Source: Lytechinus pictus
Lineage: Eukaryota
Direction of reading: 5' to 3'
NCBI RefSeq assembly: GCF_037042905.1
Contig: NC_087251.1
Span: forward strand, 38,070,001 to 38,130,000
DNA length: 60,000 bases
The notes under the pieces: model-generated
Seen by the model: the letters and a program-made list of their open reading frames with translations, nothing else
Database searches by the model: none
Told to the model about the DNA's origin: nothing
Shown: positions 1-13,346 of the stretch, piece after piece
Layout of the letters: every line of letters begins with the position of its first letter
Numbering within the stretch: the first letter of the stretch is position 1
Translations under genes and position numbers: made by a program

Positions 1-524
1 ACTGAAAATTTCATCAAAATCGGTTGGAAAATAAGAAAGTTATGACATTTTTAAGTTTCGCTTTATTTCACAAAACAGTTATATGTACATCAAGATCGGT
101 ATGCAAATGAGGAGATCAATAACATCATACACTCACTATTCTTTTGTATTTCATTACATGAAATATGAATTAATCTAATTTTCTCCTCATAGTCATGTGA
201 AACAAATGTTTATTCCTCCCTGAACATGTGGAATTACCATTGTTTTAACATTCTGTGGTTCAAACAAGAGGGTCCTTATTGTCAAATCAGTAAAAATTTA
301 ATTACTTTATAATTCAAACAATAAAAAAACAAAAGAAATAGTGAGTGAGGGACATCATCGATTCTCTAATTTGCATATCACTGAGTTGTGTATGTAACTG
401 TTTTGTGAAAAATAAGCGAAACTTCAAAATGTCATATTTTTCTTAGTTTGATGAAATTTTCAGCGTTATGCTTGTTTGATTTTTTTTCTATCAAATCAAC
501 TTTCTTCTGGGGTGTACTTGACCT
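1..524. mobile_element. Kolobok-like palindromic MITE, family A (left end outside the window)
   Basis: Same sequence family as 9166-9768; right terminus GGGGTGTACTTGACCT. Confidence 0.8.
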
Positions 525-2089
525 TAAAGGATAAATTTTCTAACAGTGTGTGAATACGAGAAACTGTAGCGAGCAAGGAAACTAAGCCCGTTTAGATAAG
601 TATAAATTCGTCGTAACAAAGGGCACATAATTACCTCATAACCTTACTTGACTAATCCGTTTGCATTCCCAAGTAACAAATATATACGTGCGCAGTAAGC
701 AATAAAAATATGAGCTCCCTGAGCTTTTGTTTCATTTTTCTTTCCGCATGTACTTTGCAATAAGTCCATCCTAACGAAAAGCTGATTTGAAAAGAAGAAA
801 AATCAAACAAGAACTTAGAAAAATTCACCAAAATCGTGTGTGAACAGGTGAAATAAGAAGGTTAAGGCATTTCAAAGTTTTACTTGAAATCTAAAGCAGT
901 TATGCGCACATCCTGGCCAGTATCCAAATGTAAAAGAACCGATGGCGTCACCCATTACTTTTTGTCTTCTATCATAAAAAATATAAATATGTGTTTTATT
1001 TTCAAAGATTGGTAAAAGAAGCGATTTTTTTTCTTCAAAATACACCATGGTATCTATATTATGATTATTAATATATCTGTTTTATAATTATTTTGATCAC
1101 CTAGCTTGCCGAATATGTTTGCATCCATATCCGTCTTGGGAGTCTAACTATATTAACGAGCGAGTGCAGAGTGATGGAAAGATAGGCCTACATGCATCAT
1201 TTTTATGGTAAAAATTAAATTTGATCAGAAACTTCATCGGTGCCGCCAGGGAGATATCGAAATTATATATTGTCTCTTACATATTTTATATTTCACATAG
1301 TAACTCTCTGGTAATCTATCTGTTGTCTGAAGCCACAAGAGTATCTCCCCTTCATTTGCTTGTCAGAAAATTATTGAACTCAAATTGCCACCCCTTATAC
1401 ACTGCAAATTATTAAATATGCATCTAGGCCTACTGTCAAACTTGATTCTCCCGAGAGTTGCACCGGCCGATATAGCCACTTTAAAGTCTTAATTAAAAAA
1501 AAAAAAATCAAATTTCAACTGACGCAACATCTAACAGAATTCCTTGGTAATTAAATTGGCATGAAAGAGGTCAGTCGAACACAGACTGAATGCTCATGAA
1601 ATCAAAGTCCAAAAGACTACTGGATCAGATTTGTAAATTAAAACAATACACATATTATCAACCAAGTGTTCTTCAACAAAGCAGAAGCTAACAACACAAT
1701 CTTGGCAATCAGATAGTGCTTAACCTTCTCACATGCATGCATGGACATATCCAATCATTTTATGAAAGAGATCTGACTTGATTCATTGAAAGAGATAAGT
1801 TCGCTGACATGTGCTCATTGCTCAGCGACAACTCATCAATTGTTGCCATAAGCTTAGCTTATAGTGGCAACCCCTGCAACCTTCTAAAAATCGATATGTA
1901 TTAATAGAAAATGCAATTATGTTCAATGTTTTGCTTGTCAGTTATACGTATATTATTATTGTATTTTCTTTGTTCATGTGTTTATGAAAAAGTGTTGCAG
2001 AAACCACTAAATGAAATGAAAAATGAAAAATATCTCTATTTATTATTTTTTTTATTTAATTTATTGCAGAGATGCATTTCTATTGTTTT

Positions 2090-2848
2090 CATGCTGTATG
2101 AAATCGAGATAAGAAAAAAAAAATCAAAATCAGTCAACATAGAAAGAAGAAGCATTTTATGTGAAATTTTAAAGATACACATAAATTAATTTCGCATAAA
2201 TTAGCATACAAATTTTTCTATTAAAAATTCTGTGTAGAAGTTTGGTGAGCCTCATGAAGCTCTACCAGATGGAAGAAAAAAATCAAAATCAGTCAACAAA
2301 TAAAGAACGAGAAGCATTTTTTGTGAATTTTGAAAAATGCGCATAAATTAGCATATTTAATGAGTTTCACAATTCTGTATAGAATTTTTTGAATCCCTCA
2401 CCCAGAGCTATCATATAAAGCAAACAGAATCAAAATCGGCCAACAAATAAAGAAGAAGCATAATTTTATGTGAATTTTTAAAATATGCATATATTAATTT
2501 TGCATGAATTAGCAGAAAAGTTTTTCTAGTCAAAATTCTGTGTAGAAGTTTGGTGAACCTCATGAAGTTCTACCAGATGGAAGCAAAAAATCAAATCAGT
2601 CAACAAATAAAGAAGAAGCATTTTTTTTCAATTTTGAAAAATGTGCATAAATAAGCATATTTAATGAGTTTTTAAATTCTGTGTAGAAGTTTTGAATCCC
2701 CAAACTTGTGCTATCATATAAAGCTAACAGAATTAAAATCATACTTGAAATGACAAAGAAGAAGCATTTTTGAATTGTGGACGGACGACAGACGAAGGAT
2801 GCCAGGGCATAAGCTCATCCGGCCCTTTGGGCCGAATGAGCTTAAAAA
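2090..2848 (+). mobile_element. Helentron-associated (HINE/DINE/Pearl-like) element with internal tandem repeats
   Basis: ~300-bp duplicated units made of AAATCAGTCAACAAATAAAGAAGAAGCAT subrepeats, a GGAC/GAC microsatellite and a 3' hairpin TAAGCTCAT..GGCCCTTTGGGCC..ATGAGCTTA. Confidence 0.55.
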
Positions 2849-3871
2849 CCAGTGGCGTAGAGCCAAACATTTTGAGGGGACATGATATTCAGAAAAAAAT
2901 AACTTTTTTGGGTCATGGATATTTTCCGGGGGGGGGGGGGGGGGTCCAATACCGCAAAACCTCATCAATGCGCCACTGCCCCCCCCCCCCACCGCCTTAA
3001 CAGAAGACTTCTTGATATAAAGGACAGGCACTAGTTTGAGCTTGAATGAGACATACAATTGCAAGCATAGAAAATAGACGACAAAAATATTAAGTGTTTC
3101 TTGTAGTAAACACATCTCAGAAATTTGTTATCTATTCTTATCACTGAGCAATCAAAGGGATTATCACCTTAATCTGTCATCAACAAGATCCGCTTAATAA
3201 ATAGAATTAGTCAAATCTTTCGGCTGAATTCCAAATCGACAATTACCCCCCACACATGCCGATTAATATTGTCATTCGCAAGTCATGCAGTGATGGCAAC
3301 TGAATAATGGGGTATGACAAATTGCTTAAAATGCACAGGACTGGAAGAAATAGTGGAGATATTCTCATCAATTGTATGTGCTTATCAAGGCGTTTGCCAC
3401 TTTATGAGTTCCAAGTCGTGAAAAACAAAGAAAAATACAAGAAAAAAAAGGTGAAAAAGAAAGGAAAATAGAAATATGAGCAAAATAAAATAAAGGTTGG
3501 GGTAGTGTAACTATAAGACCCCTGTAATTCATAAGAAACAAACATGTCACAGTTATGTTGTCATGATGTCAAACTAAGTACACTGGCACCAATAGTCCAC
3601 CCTGTTATCAAGCTGACTTGGAATATATGGAATTTTAAATGTAAAACAGTACGAACAGCATTTTGGAATTAGTATTTTCTTACAAAAGAGTGAACAAGAC
3701 TGTACATAATTATATCACCTAAATATTCTGTGTATGAAATTGTCATTTTGTCTGTTTCAAGAATGGGAGGTTTTATTCTTTAATATATGGCTGAATCCAA
3801 TATAATCATATAGAGCAAAATAAATGAAACTAAAAAAAAGTCATAACTGGGAATTGATTATGAAATAGTCA

Positions 3872-3877
3872 TTTATT
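3872..3877 (-). terminator. Candidate polyadenylation signal (AATAAA) of the uncharacterised gene, implying a ~3.9-kb 3' UTR
   Basis: AATAAA on the minus strand followed by a U-rich tract; one of several possible sites. Confidence 0.3.
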
Positions 3878-5869
3878 ACATAGTTTGCACTTTTCATAAA
3901 AACACATCACTTTGTTCTGTCCACAATCTATTCAGTATAAATATATAATAATCAATGTATAGAGGTATAACATGTACCAAATACAATGCAAAAATGTTTG
4001 AATATCTTCAATAGTCACAAAATAACATTACTATATTAAAAATATTATTTCATTCACTTATGGCACTTAAAGCATTTTCATAACCTATCACTATGTTCTG
4101 TACCAAAACAATATCATTATCATTAGACGACAGGCTCACAGTTGTTCTACCTACTTTACATAGGCCTACTTCTAAATGCAAAGCTATAATTTACAATAAT
4201 AATAATAATAATGATAATAATATGCAATGTTCATATAGTGCTTAATACAATGCTGCATTACCCTGGCTTTTGCTAATACCATTCTTTAACAAGCATATCC
4301 ACAGAGAACTGAAGAGACCTTCTTAAAGTGAGCGCCCATATAGAAGGACCACCAGTCTATAAAGACCATAACATTTATTTTCTTAAATACTTTTCCCCAT
4401 TTAACATCTATCAAAAGAACATGTTCATAAAGACCCCATTTTTATGTCTATTGTGTGAACTTTATTAACAGTTTTCATCAAATAAGGATTGTCTTAGCTG
4501 GTTGATATCAAAGGCTTACAACTAAAGCATGTATCTAAAATAATTGGAACAAAAGCAACAAATAAAACAATTGAATATAACACAAACAACTGGTACTTAA
4601 CAAAATCAAAACAATCAAGCAAACAACAACAATAAAACAGCAAAATGACTTTTAACATCAAGATATCATATGCTAACCTCTTGCCATATGCAAATTGAAA
4701 ATGCTTATTTTAAGCGAAGGTGTGAGATTCCATACGTCACATTCAAGTTTGAATTTATTGTTTGATAAAATGGAAGATCCATTACAAAATCTCATACAGA
4801 TGGGTAAACATTGCAATTCAAATGTCTTAATTTAAAAAAAAATTGCTTATCATCATTAGTTGTTCTATAAAACTACTTGTCAAGAATGGAAGGGGACAAC
4901 ATTTTCAGGATACACCTTCATAAACTGTTTCCTGTATTATGATAAATAAATACATAAGAGAAGTGTCCCAAAGGGGCTTTCAATAAAATTAATAATTTTA
5001 CACAGAGGGGTACTTGATAAGATTTGACTGTCAGATCAAATTGTCACAACGAATCAATGATTTAAAACTGATATAACAGTCACTAGACTGGTAAGCTTTC
5101 AGTGTTAGGGTAATAGTCAATATAATTCACATTATGGAATCTTTATCCCAATGTGGCAGGTTTGCAGGTTTTCGACTTTATATAATCACATTTAATATAC
5201 CGGTATCATAAATGTGACCACAAACTTTTTTATGTATCAAGACTGTAAATGGGGAGTTGAATACATACATTACACACAATGATTACAATAATTATTCTCA
5301 CATATGCCAGTATCAATTGCTAATATATTTGTATAAATAAGAATACCATATTCCATACAAAAATGCCCTAATTTTGGAAGTTCATGATTTTGAATTGAAT
5401 CAACTATTAATATATACATCAAATTAGAGAATTTTGATCAAATTTAAAAATTCACGTTTTATACTTTCAATTATGAATGAAATATCTAGATAGATACCTC
5501 ATAAATTACACACACATAAAGGAACAATCTGATTTTATTACATTTGATCTTATATTTGTAAATATATGACAATATTCAATATTGGTGAACTACATAATAA
5601 AAATCAAGAATATCTATAGGAAAAAAAGTGAGAAGGTCGACATTTACTTTAAAAATACCTTATCATCACATTATTATGATAGAAGTATTTAAATTGAATG
5701 TTATACACATCAAGAGTTGTAAGCATTTTATTATTTACATGTTATATCTCTCACACACATCTTGTATTGTCTCTTAAAGTATGGTACAGATTCAATTTTT
5801 CGATGAATATAAAAAGTGTTGAAATATTTAATTTTCATGGTATGTTTGTGTGCTGTTTATAAATAAGAA

Positions 5870-6200
5870 TGATAATAGTAATAATATTCTGTTTTTATAT
5901 AGCACTTAATACATAAGAACGTCTCCAAGCACTTTACATATATATTACCTAAGTCATCTGATCCTGGTTTGCCCGCACACAATGTATACAGACTTTCTCC
6001 AGGGAGCATTTCAACAGAGTTTCCAATCTTATTGCTAGGCTTTATTACACAGGCTTTTGCACCCTACCAGGTACCAATTCAATACCTGGGTTGAGAGTGA
6101 TTGATGCTTGCCAAAGGATGCTAGGCCGTGGTGGGATTTGAACTCACAACCCTCTTATTTTATTGCAGGATTGGAGTCAGAACTTCTACACCAGAACTCT
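5870..6200 (-). mobile_element. tRNA-derived SINE
   Basis: Reverse complement of the 55262-55597 family, with (ATA)n tail on the left. Confidence 0.7.
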
Positions 6201-7738
6201 TCTTCTCTCTCACTTTTAATACAATGACCCATAATACTAACAGAAAACAAAAGAGTCAGCACATGGATAATGCTTGATAAAAAAGGGAGACTTTTATTCC
6301 CTTGATAATAAATATATTGTATATTTTAAAGTAACCAATATCTGAACATGATTTAATACTGAAAAGGTCAAAACACCAGAAAACAAATGCCAACCATCTG
6401 ACTTTCACTGATCCATTAAAAATAATAATAGGAAATCTAATCCTCATTGTATAATATGTGTTGTAACAAAAATATGAGTATTACAAAGAAAAAATAGCGA
6501 AAATTTAAGTTTTGTGGAAAACACTTATTGATCAGAATTTCGAGTTAAATGCCAAGGTGTTTTACTATAAATACAAAGATACCCATACTACATAAGTAAT
6601 ATAATGGATGGTCTAAGGAATATTTCAGGACTATCTTTACAGAATTGTCAATATTTTTATAGTGAAAATAAATTGATCTCAGAGATCAGACCACATGAAA
6701 TATATGGATGTGTATGATTAAAAGACCATTGGTTTGATTTATACAATGGATTGTATTGATTTTTGTTTAAAATCAGCCCTAAGAGCACTAAGTAAAGTTT
6801 TAGATTACAGGATCAGGGCAATCAGTAAAACACAAGAAATTATATCCTAAGAAAAAACAAACTGTATGCATATATAATTTTGGGTAGGGGGGGGGGGGGT
6901 CACAAAGATTTAAGTGTTATTGCGCATTAATCGATTGCGCGTTAAATATCATGTGTACATCGGTGCTAAGCATGACGTTCAATCACACTTAATCACACTT
7001 GCATTTTCTACAGAGCACAGACAGGAGGGGGCAGGGTGCAATGACCTGGGAATGACCCTTGTTTCTGAGGGCAAGGTCACCCACTCCTCCCCCCCCCCCT
7101 CAAAAAAATAAAAATAAAAAATGAGGGAGGGAGGAAAAAAAGAAAACAAAATTAAATGCCATAAAATATATTGAATGGCAATGAAAGGAAGATGTAATAA
7201 AAGGGGAAGGGAATAGCTAGATAGATACCAAAAAATTAGAGAAAGCAAAAGAAAATGAGACAAGGAAAGAAATAGAAACACACACTGAGAGACAGACAGA
7301 CATAGAGATAAATAAGGGAGAGCGAGAAGAAGAAGAAGAAGCAGAATGAGATCAAGAGACAGACACAGAGGGACAAAAATACAAAGAAAATTAAAAGAGA
7401 GTGAGAGAGGAGGTTGTAATTCTAATAAACCATCAAATTCAACTTACAAATATCATTGACACAAAGAAATGTCCAAATTATTAGTACTTTCATCACTTCA
7501 GAGTTTAATTGGGAAACATATTAACAAAGATTTATTTACACTGATTTTCAATAAAGATTAAATTGCTCATAAATACATTGTACACCAACTTGGACTATAA
7601 CAAAACAACCTCCAGATGGCAGCATTCATCTTATTTCTTTGGTGCAAGTACAAGTAAGCACGTACAGTACTCCACACAACAAATGCAGTCTCTCTTGTCC
7701 ACTCTCCATGCCAACCAAACATAAGAGGGAGCTTGATG

Positions 7739-7882
7739 TTAATGCTCCGCCTCCATCTCCTCCTCCTCTGCCGAGTCTCCAGTGCTCCCTTTGATCTTCT
7801 CCAGCTCCTCGATCTGGGAGACAATCTGATGATGCTCCTCCAGGAGCTGATCGAGCTCTGCCTGCTTCTTGGCTTGTGACTC
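7739..7882 (-). CDS. Uncharacterised gene, terminal coding exon (ESQAKKQAELDQLLEEHHQIVSQIEELEKIKG...EAEH*)
   Basis: Long polypyrimidine tract plus ccaag acceptor, phase 0, 144 nt to TAA; heptad-like hydrophobic pattern. Confidence 0.85.
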   Translation of the reverse strand, partial: ESQAKKQAELDQLLEEHHQIVSQIEELEKIKGSTGDSAEEEEMEAEH

Positions 7883-8098
7883 CTTGGATAGGAGGAGAAA
7901 ACAAAGTAATTAGTCTTTCAACTTAATTTATCAGGCAATTAATAAGGTACAATAGTATAATCTATTAATATGAAGCTGAACAGCAACTGGGCATACTAAA
8001 GAAATATATTCATTTCAAGTTCAACAATGAAACTACAAAATAATGCACAATACAATACAACATAATGAAATGAAATGGGAACCTCCAAAAAGCAATGA

Positions 8099-8709
8099 AG
8101 GCTCCCAAGTCCACCCAAGAAAACAGTTGATTTCAATTAATAGAGAAAAATCAAACATGAATAACGCTGAAAACTTCATCAAAATCGGATGTAAAATAAG
8201 AAAATCATGACATTTTAAAGTTTTCGCTTATTTTTCACAAAACAGTTCTATGCTCAACTCTGTGATATGCAAATGAGAGAGTCGATGATGTCACTCACTC
8301 ACTATTTCTTTTGTTTTTCATTGTTTGAATTATACAATATTTCAATTTTTACAAATTTGACAATTAGGACCTCCTTGCCTGAACCACAAAATGTTAAAAT
8401 AATGGAATTCCATGTGTTCAGAGAGGAATGAAACTTCGTTTCACATGAAAATGACGAGAAAATCACAATATTTCATATTTCATATACTGTAATAAAATAC
8501 AAAAGAAATAGTGAGTGGGTGACGTCATCGGTCCCCTCATTTGCATACCAAACAGGATGTGCATATAACTGTTATGTAAAATTAAGCAAAAATCAAAATA
8601 TTATAACTTTCTTATTTTACATCCGATTTTGATGAAATTTTCAGTGTTATGCTTGTTTAAATTTTCTCTTTCTATTCAAATCAGCTTTTTGTTGGGGTGG
8701 ACTTGTCCT
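8099..8709. mobile_element. Kolobok-like palindromic MITE, family A
   Basis: Long inverted arms; right terminus GGACTTGTCCT|TTAA; degenerate left end. Confidence 0.82.
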
Positions 8710-9165
8710 TTAAATGAAAGTGTATAAGTGACATATACATAGATGACAGACATACATTAATTCCAAAGAACTCCAGTCAAAAACAGCCTAATTTAATCAG
8801 GCAACCCACCCTTTCATTTTCATTCAAAATAAAAAAACAATATATCAAGTAAAACACATTTTTATTTCATATCGTCCAAATCAAAAGGGTTTTATGGCAG
8901 ACACCAGGTGTGGATCCAGCCGGATTAGACATAACATTTTGAGAGGCTGACAATATGGCCCCTAAAATGGTATTGTGTCTCATTTGGCAGGATCCCCACC
9001 TGGCAGACACATTCATATTTCTAGTAATGAATTGGAATCATCACATGAATTTTTGGGGGACATGAAAATTATAACATATATCTCTAAATGCCTTTACAAA
9101 CATGTTTACATGAAAATTAGATTAATCAACATTTTATTTAAACACAAGTCAACTATGGTCTTTAA

Positions 9166-9768
9166 AGGTCAAGTCCACCTCAGAAAAATGTTGATTTGAA
9201 TCAATAGAGAAAAATCAGACAAGCACAATGCTGAAAATTTCATCAAAATCGGATGTAAAATAAGAAAGTTATGACATTTCAAAGTTTCGCTTATTTTTAA
9301 CAAAATAGTTATATGAACGAGCCAGTTACATTCAAATGAGAGAGTCGATGATGTCACTCACTCACTAATTCTTTTGTTTTTTATTGTTTGAATTATACAA
9401 AATTTCAATTTTTGCGAATTTGACGATTAGGACCTCCTTGCCTGAAGCACAAAATGTTAAAATAATGGAATTCCACATGTTCAGGGAGGAATGAAACTTC
9501 ATTTCACATGACAATGATGAGAAAATCAAAATATTTCATATTTCATATAATAAAATACAAAAGAAATAGTGAGTGAGTGATGTCATCAGTTCCCTCATTT
9601 GCATACCGACCAGGATGTGCATATAACTATTTTGTGAAATTAAGCAAAATTTTAAAATGTCATAACTTTCTTATTTTACATCCGATTTTGATGAAATTTT
9701 CAGTGTTATACTTGTTGGATTTTTCTCTTTTTATTCCAATCAACTTTTTGTTGGGGTGGACTTGTCCT
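9166..9768. mobile_element. Kolobok-like palindromic MITE, family A
   Basis: TTAA|AGGTCAAGTCCACC...GGTGGACTTGTCCT|TTAA; a TTAA TSD with AG...CT termini is characteristic of Kolobok. Confidence 0.85.
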
Positions 9769-9829
9769 TTAATGGAAGCTCAACAAAAAAAATCTTATAC
9801 ATTTCATAATAATAATACGGTTATATTAC

Positions 9830-9885
9830 CTTCTGTTTTTCTGCCACTTCACTTGCACTCACATCCCCCTCACTATTACCAGTTC
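9830..9885 (-). CDS. Uncharacterised gene, coding exon (GTGNSEGDVSASEVAEKQK)
   Basis: ttatag acceptor, AAG|gtaata donor, 56 nt, phase 1 to 0. Confidence 0.8.
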
Positions 9886-10211
9886 CTATAATGAGAAATG
9901 GACAATAATTTACAACATCCACTTCTGCATCTTTCTGATGAATCCATCATAAAATCAATAATTCTATGCATATAATCGCTAGTCAACAGGCTCGAGAGAT
10001 CTTCACTAATGCAGCGAAGAAGGAGTAATGTCCCACAATAGGACACTGGTACATGGTCCTTGTAATCCAAACTTGTACTATTTATCTCTTGCGGTGATAT
10101 TGCTATCAATCTCCACCTTAATAAATTTTAAAAAAAATCAAATGCAGTAAAACTGGATTTAAAGACCAACCAAGAAGGACACGAAAGTAGTCTTTATGGA
10201 CAGATTTCTGC

Positions 10212-10455
10212 ATGATATATTTTGTTTTATCTTGTTTTGTCATGTATTGTAAATATTGTAACTTGTTTCATGTATTATTTCAATTGTTATTTCCTATGTA
10301 TTTTATTCTTACTGTAATTTATTTGCTTTACTTGTGTCCCCCTGCTTTTCAAGCCTCTTGCTTTCCTAGGGTGTTTGATCCTCACATTTTACAATGTATA
10401 TATCTACTCATGTGATTTTTACCTAATAAATAAATTGAATTGAATCGAATTGAAT
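10212..10455 (+). mobile_element. 3'-UTR and tail remnant of a CR1-group LINE
   Basis: T-rich body, small stem, AATAAA plus (ATTGA)n tail; same architecture as 50318-50711. Confidence 0.5.
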
Positions 10456-10571
10456 ACAGTTAAACCTGTATGTATAAAGACCAACCAAGAAAGACAAGAA
10501 AGTGGTGTTTATGGTTCAGATCCTATAATACAGTAAAACTTGTACATAAAGATCACTCAATGGAAACAAGA

Positions 10572-10984
10572 CAGGGTCCCAGCTTTTCAAGAAAACAAAA
10601 TTCCTTGATTTTTCCCTGATGTAGTTTTAAATTCCCTGATAATTATTTAAACCCATTCACAGTTTCGCATGTTTTGTAAGTTTGTGCAGTGAATTACATG
10701 TATTTTCAGTTTAATTTTTTTTTTACTGCAGTCAAAGAGGCTACACAAAAAAAAACCACCATAACCAGTCATTAAATGGATGTTGTTTTGATATGCAACA
10801 AAATATAGTAGAGTCTGACTGACTACCGTGCTTTCGACTTATCGACCAATCAAAATTCCCTGATTTTTCCCTCATTTGAGGCATTTTCCCCTGACTTTAG
10901 GTATTTTTTTTGTAATCAAATTCCCTGATTTTTCCCTGACTGGGAAAAAGTAATTTATTTTTCCCTGATGGGCTGGGAACCCTG
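10572..10984. mobile_element. hAT-like MITE with 5-bp TSD
   Basis: CAAGA|CAGGGTCCCAGC...GCTGGGAACCCTG|CAAGA; repeated TTCCCTGA subterminal motifs. Confidence 0.75.
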
Positions 10985-11888
10985 CAAGAAAAGCAGTCTT
11001 TATGAGCAGGTGGACTATACAGACAGGTTTCTATAATACAGTAAAAACCTGTATATGACCACTCAAGAGAAACAAGAAAAGCAATAAGTATGAACAGGTT
11101 GACTATATAGACAGTTTCCTGTAATACAGTAAAAACCTGTATATGACCACCCAAGAGAAAAGCAATAAGTATGAACAGGTTGACTTTATAGACAGTTTCC
11201 TTTAATACAGTAAAAACCTGTATATAAAGACTACCAAAGAGAGTTTGAAAAGCAGTCTTTATGGGAAAGGTGGGGGTCATGGACAGGTTCCTGCAATACA
11301 ATTTTCATTGTACAACGCCTACTTAGCTTGTTGTACGCGAGCAAATGGGAGGCTGAATGTCAAACATTCGTACCGTTGCACAAAAGACGTACCATCCAAA
11401 ATGTACCATTGCACGGCTTTAGGAGGTGACGTCACAATACGATTTAATTAATTGCGCTCGGTAAAAATGAACAATACGCGTATAAGCCAGCAAGCTAAAT
11501 GCGCAAGGCTGCCCAAGGTCATGTGCGCTTGTGGGATTTTGCTTTCTGCTTTCAGTATTTTTGCTCCCTTTTCATAGATTACTATAGGGATAAACTCTTT
11601 GTTTTTTCATATTTTCGCTAAATTCCGAGGCGTTGTACAACACAAATAGCGAATATTCTTATTCGTGCAATGGTGCGAGATTTCGCATTCGGTGAAAGAA
11701 AGAAACGCTCTATTCAACTCGGCGTTGAATAGAGCATCTTTCTTTCACCTCATGCGAAATATCGCACCATCGCACTCATGCCTATTCGCTATTTGTATAA
11801 TGACCGTTAACTATTCAAGGGAAACTAAAATCATGGTCTTCAAAGACAGGTTGACCACCTTTTGTGATCTCCGAGGCTTGACTGTTAC

Positions 11889-12182
11889 CTGTTAGTTGTG
11901 TTCCCGCCTCCTCATCTAGATCCATCGTCTTCAACTGACCAGAGTCATCCTCCACGGAGATGGTGATGGAGAAGGTGACCGTCTCGGCGATGGATTCCTT
12001 GCGGCCTTGGGTGTCCGGCTTGCTCTCCAACTCCACGCTGTCCCCCGTTACGGATGTTAGCTCTATGTCCCCTCCCACGGAGGTGCCGTTGGGGAAGGAC
12101 GTGGGTCCGACGGCACTGGACGTGATGCTGCCGGGGGCGTGGCTGCCTGGTAACGTCACCACCTGGTGTCTCTGACTTAAAT
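11889..12182 (-). CDS. Uncharacterised gene, coding exon (DLSQRHQVVTLPG...EEAGTQLT)
   Basis: tttcag acceptor, CAG|gtaaca donor, 294 nt, phase 1 to 1; GC-rich coding-like composition. Confidence 0.86.
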
Positions 12183-12445
12183 CTGAAAGGTCGTGAGGGA
12201 TGATACAAACACATCAAGAATAATACAGAAAACTTAAATCGGTTGGGGATGATAGAATAAATTCATTTTGTACACATGAAAACTAATCATCAACAACAAC
12301 GATTCTATATATTCAGGAAGGGTCAAATTTTATTTCACATTAAAATAACATATCGAGAAATTCATTTCCCAAAATACAAAAGAAATAGTGAGTGGGTGAT
12401 GCAATCAGCTCCCTCATTTGCATACTGACCAGGTTGTGCATTTAA

Positions 12446-13154
12446 CCCACTGTGGACGGAGCCCGCATATCGTCGGCGTTCATCCGAACCGTCGTATCAG
12501 TCAATTTTGGTTTTAAAAAATTGATTTTGAAATTTTTGCAGAAAGTGAAAGTACAAGTCCTATTCTATTCATAACTAAATTTCTAGGCAGCAATTTATTT
12601 TAATTTCTGAGATATGAGGGGATTTTCACAGAGAATTTCTTACAAATTTTTAATAAAATGCACAAATCCCATTGGAAACATGTACTGTAGCAGAGCGATG
12701 CGACGTTTCGACTGACAGCGATTTCAATGCGCGGTCAGCCTGTCCTATCGGCCATATGCACTGCATTGACTTTGCACGTGAAAAGCGATACTACGTTTTG
12801 ACTGACCGCGCGCATTGAAATCGCGGTCAGGGTTGTTGTATCCCCTATGGTCTTTTTTTACAGGGGAAATCTAAACCGCTCGAACCGAAATTACAAGCAA
12901 GGAGCTCTTTTGCGATATTTTCTCTGATCCTTGGTTTTGTGTAAAAATAAAGATACCAATGTCAAGCAACTGTCTTGGTCTTTCCAACCATGTATTTTTC
13001 TAGCAATGAATATGTTGTAAGGTTGGGGAACTAAGCGTGAAAATTATAGTAAACTTTGAAGTCAATTTTCTCTGAAATGGGTTTGCACTGTCGTAATGTG
13101 TGATACGACGGTTCGGATGACCGCCGACGATATGTGTGGACTGGAGTCTATGGG
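12446..13154. mobile_element. piggyBac-like non-autonomous element nested in a family A MITE remnant
   Basis: TTAA|CCC left terminus; inverted CATATCGTCGGCG..TCATCCGAACCGTCGTATCA at both ends; degenerate right tip. Confidence 0.65.
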
Positions 13155-13346
13155 CAACAAGTGTTACAACAAAATAATTCAGTCTCCATCCGATTGTTTG
13201 TAAATTCAAGGGGAAAATAACTTATTTTAAATCAGACTTTGAAAAAAAAAATTCACCATAAAGCTTGTTTGATTTATCTCTTCTATTCAAGTAAACTCTA
13301 TGTCCGGGTATGCCTAAATAAGAAAAAAAAACCTGAAAAAGCATAC

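Larger units (their letters stand above)
10144..11297 (+). repeat. Tandem array of ~70-85-bp units (CAGTAAAACCTGTATA..GACCAC..ACAGGTT), interrupted by two insertions
   Basis: Units start near 10145, 10457, 10531, 11039, 11127 and 11208. Confidence 0.7.

Noticed and set aside
540..1900. Possible promoter or exon of a third gene (scattered CpG-richer patches)
   Set aside because: No consistent exon chain or recognisable ORF; partly MITE remnants
7130..7410. Hydrophobic 'membrane protein' ORFs (6979..7281, 34847..35187)
   Set aside because: Derived from GA-rich low-complexity sequence read on the CT strand
7626..7904. ORFs 7626..7904 and 7567..7824 as the terminal exon product
   Set aside because: Wrong frames; the upstream phase-0 donor requires the ESQAKKQ frame ending at 7739
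9577..9891. Recurrent short ORFs containing KCHNFLILHPILMKFS (also 9169..9357 and 35664..35984)
   Set aside because: Chance translations of the family A MITE arms; no transposase features
9876..10109. 77-aa ORF as an exon of the uncharacterised gene
   Set aside because: Weak acceptor, and it ends in a stop; the 9830-9885 exon has better signals and links to the last exon. A minor isoform is not excluded.
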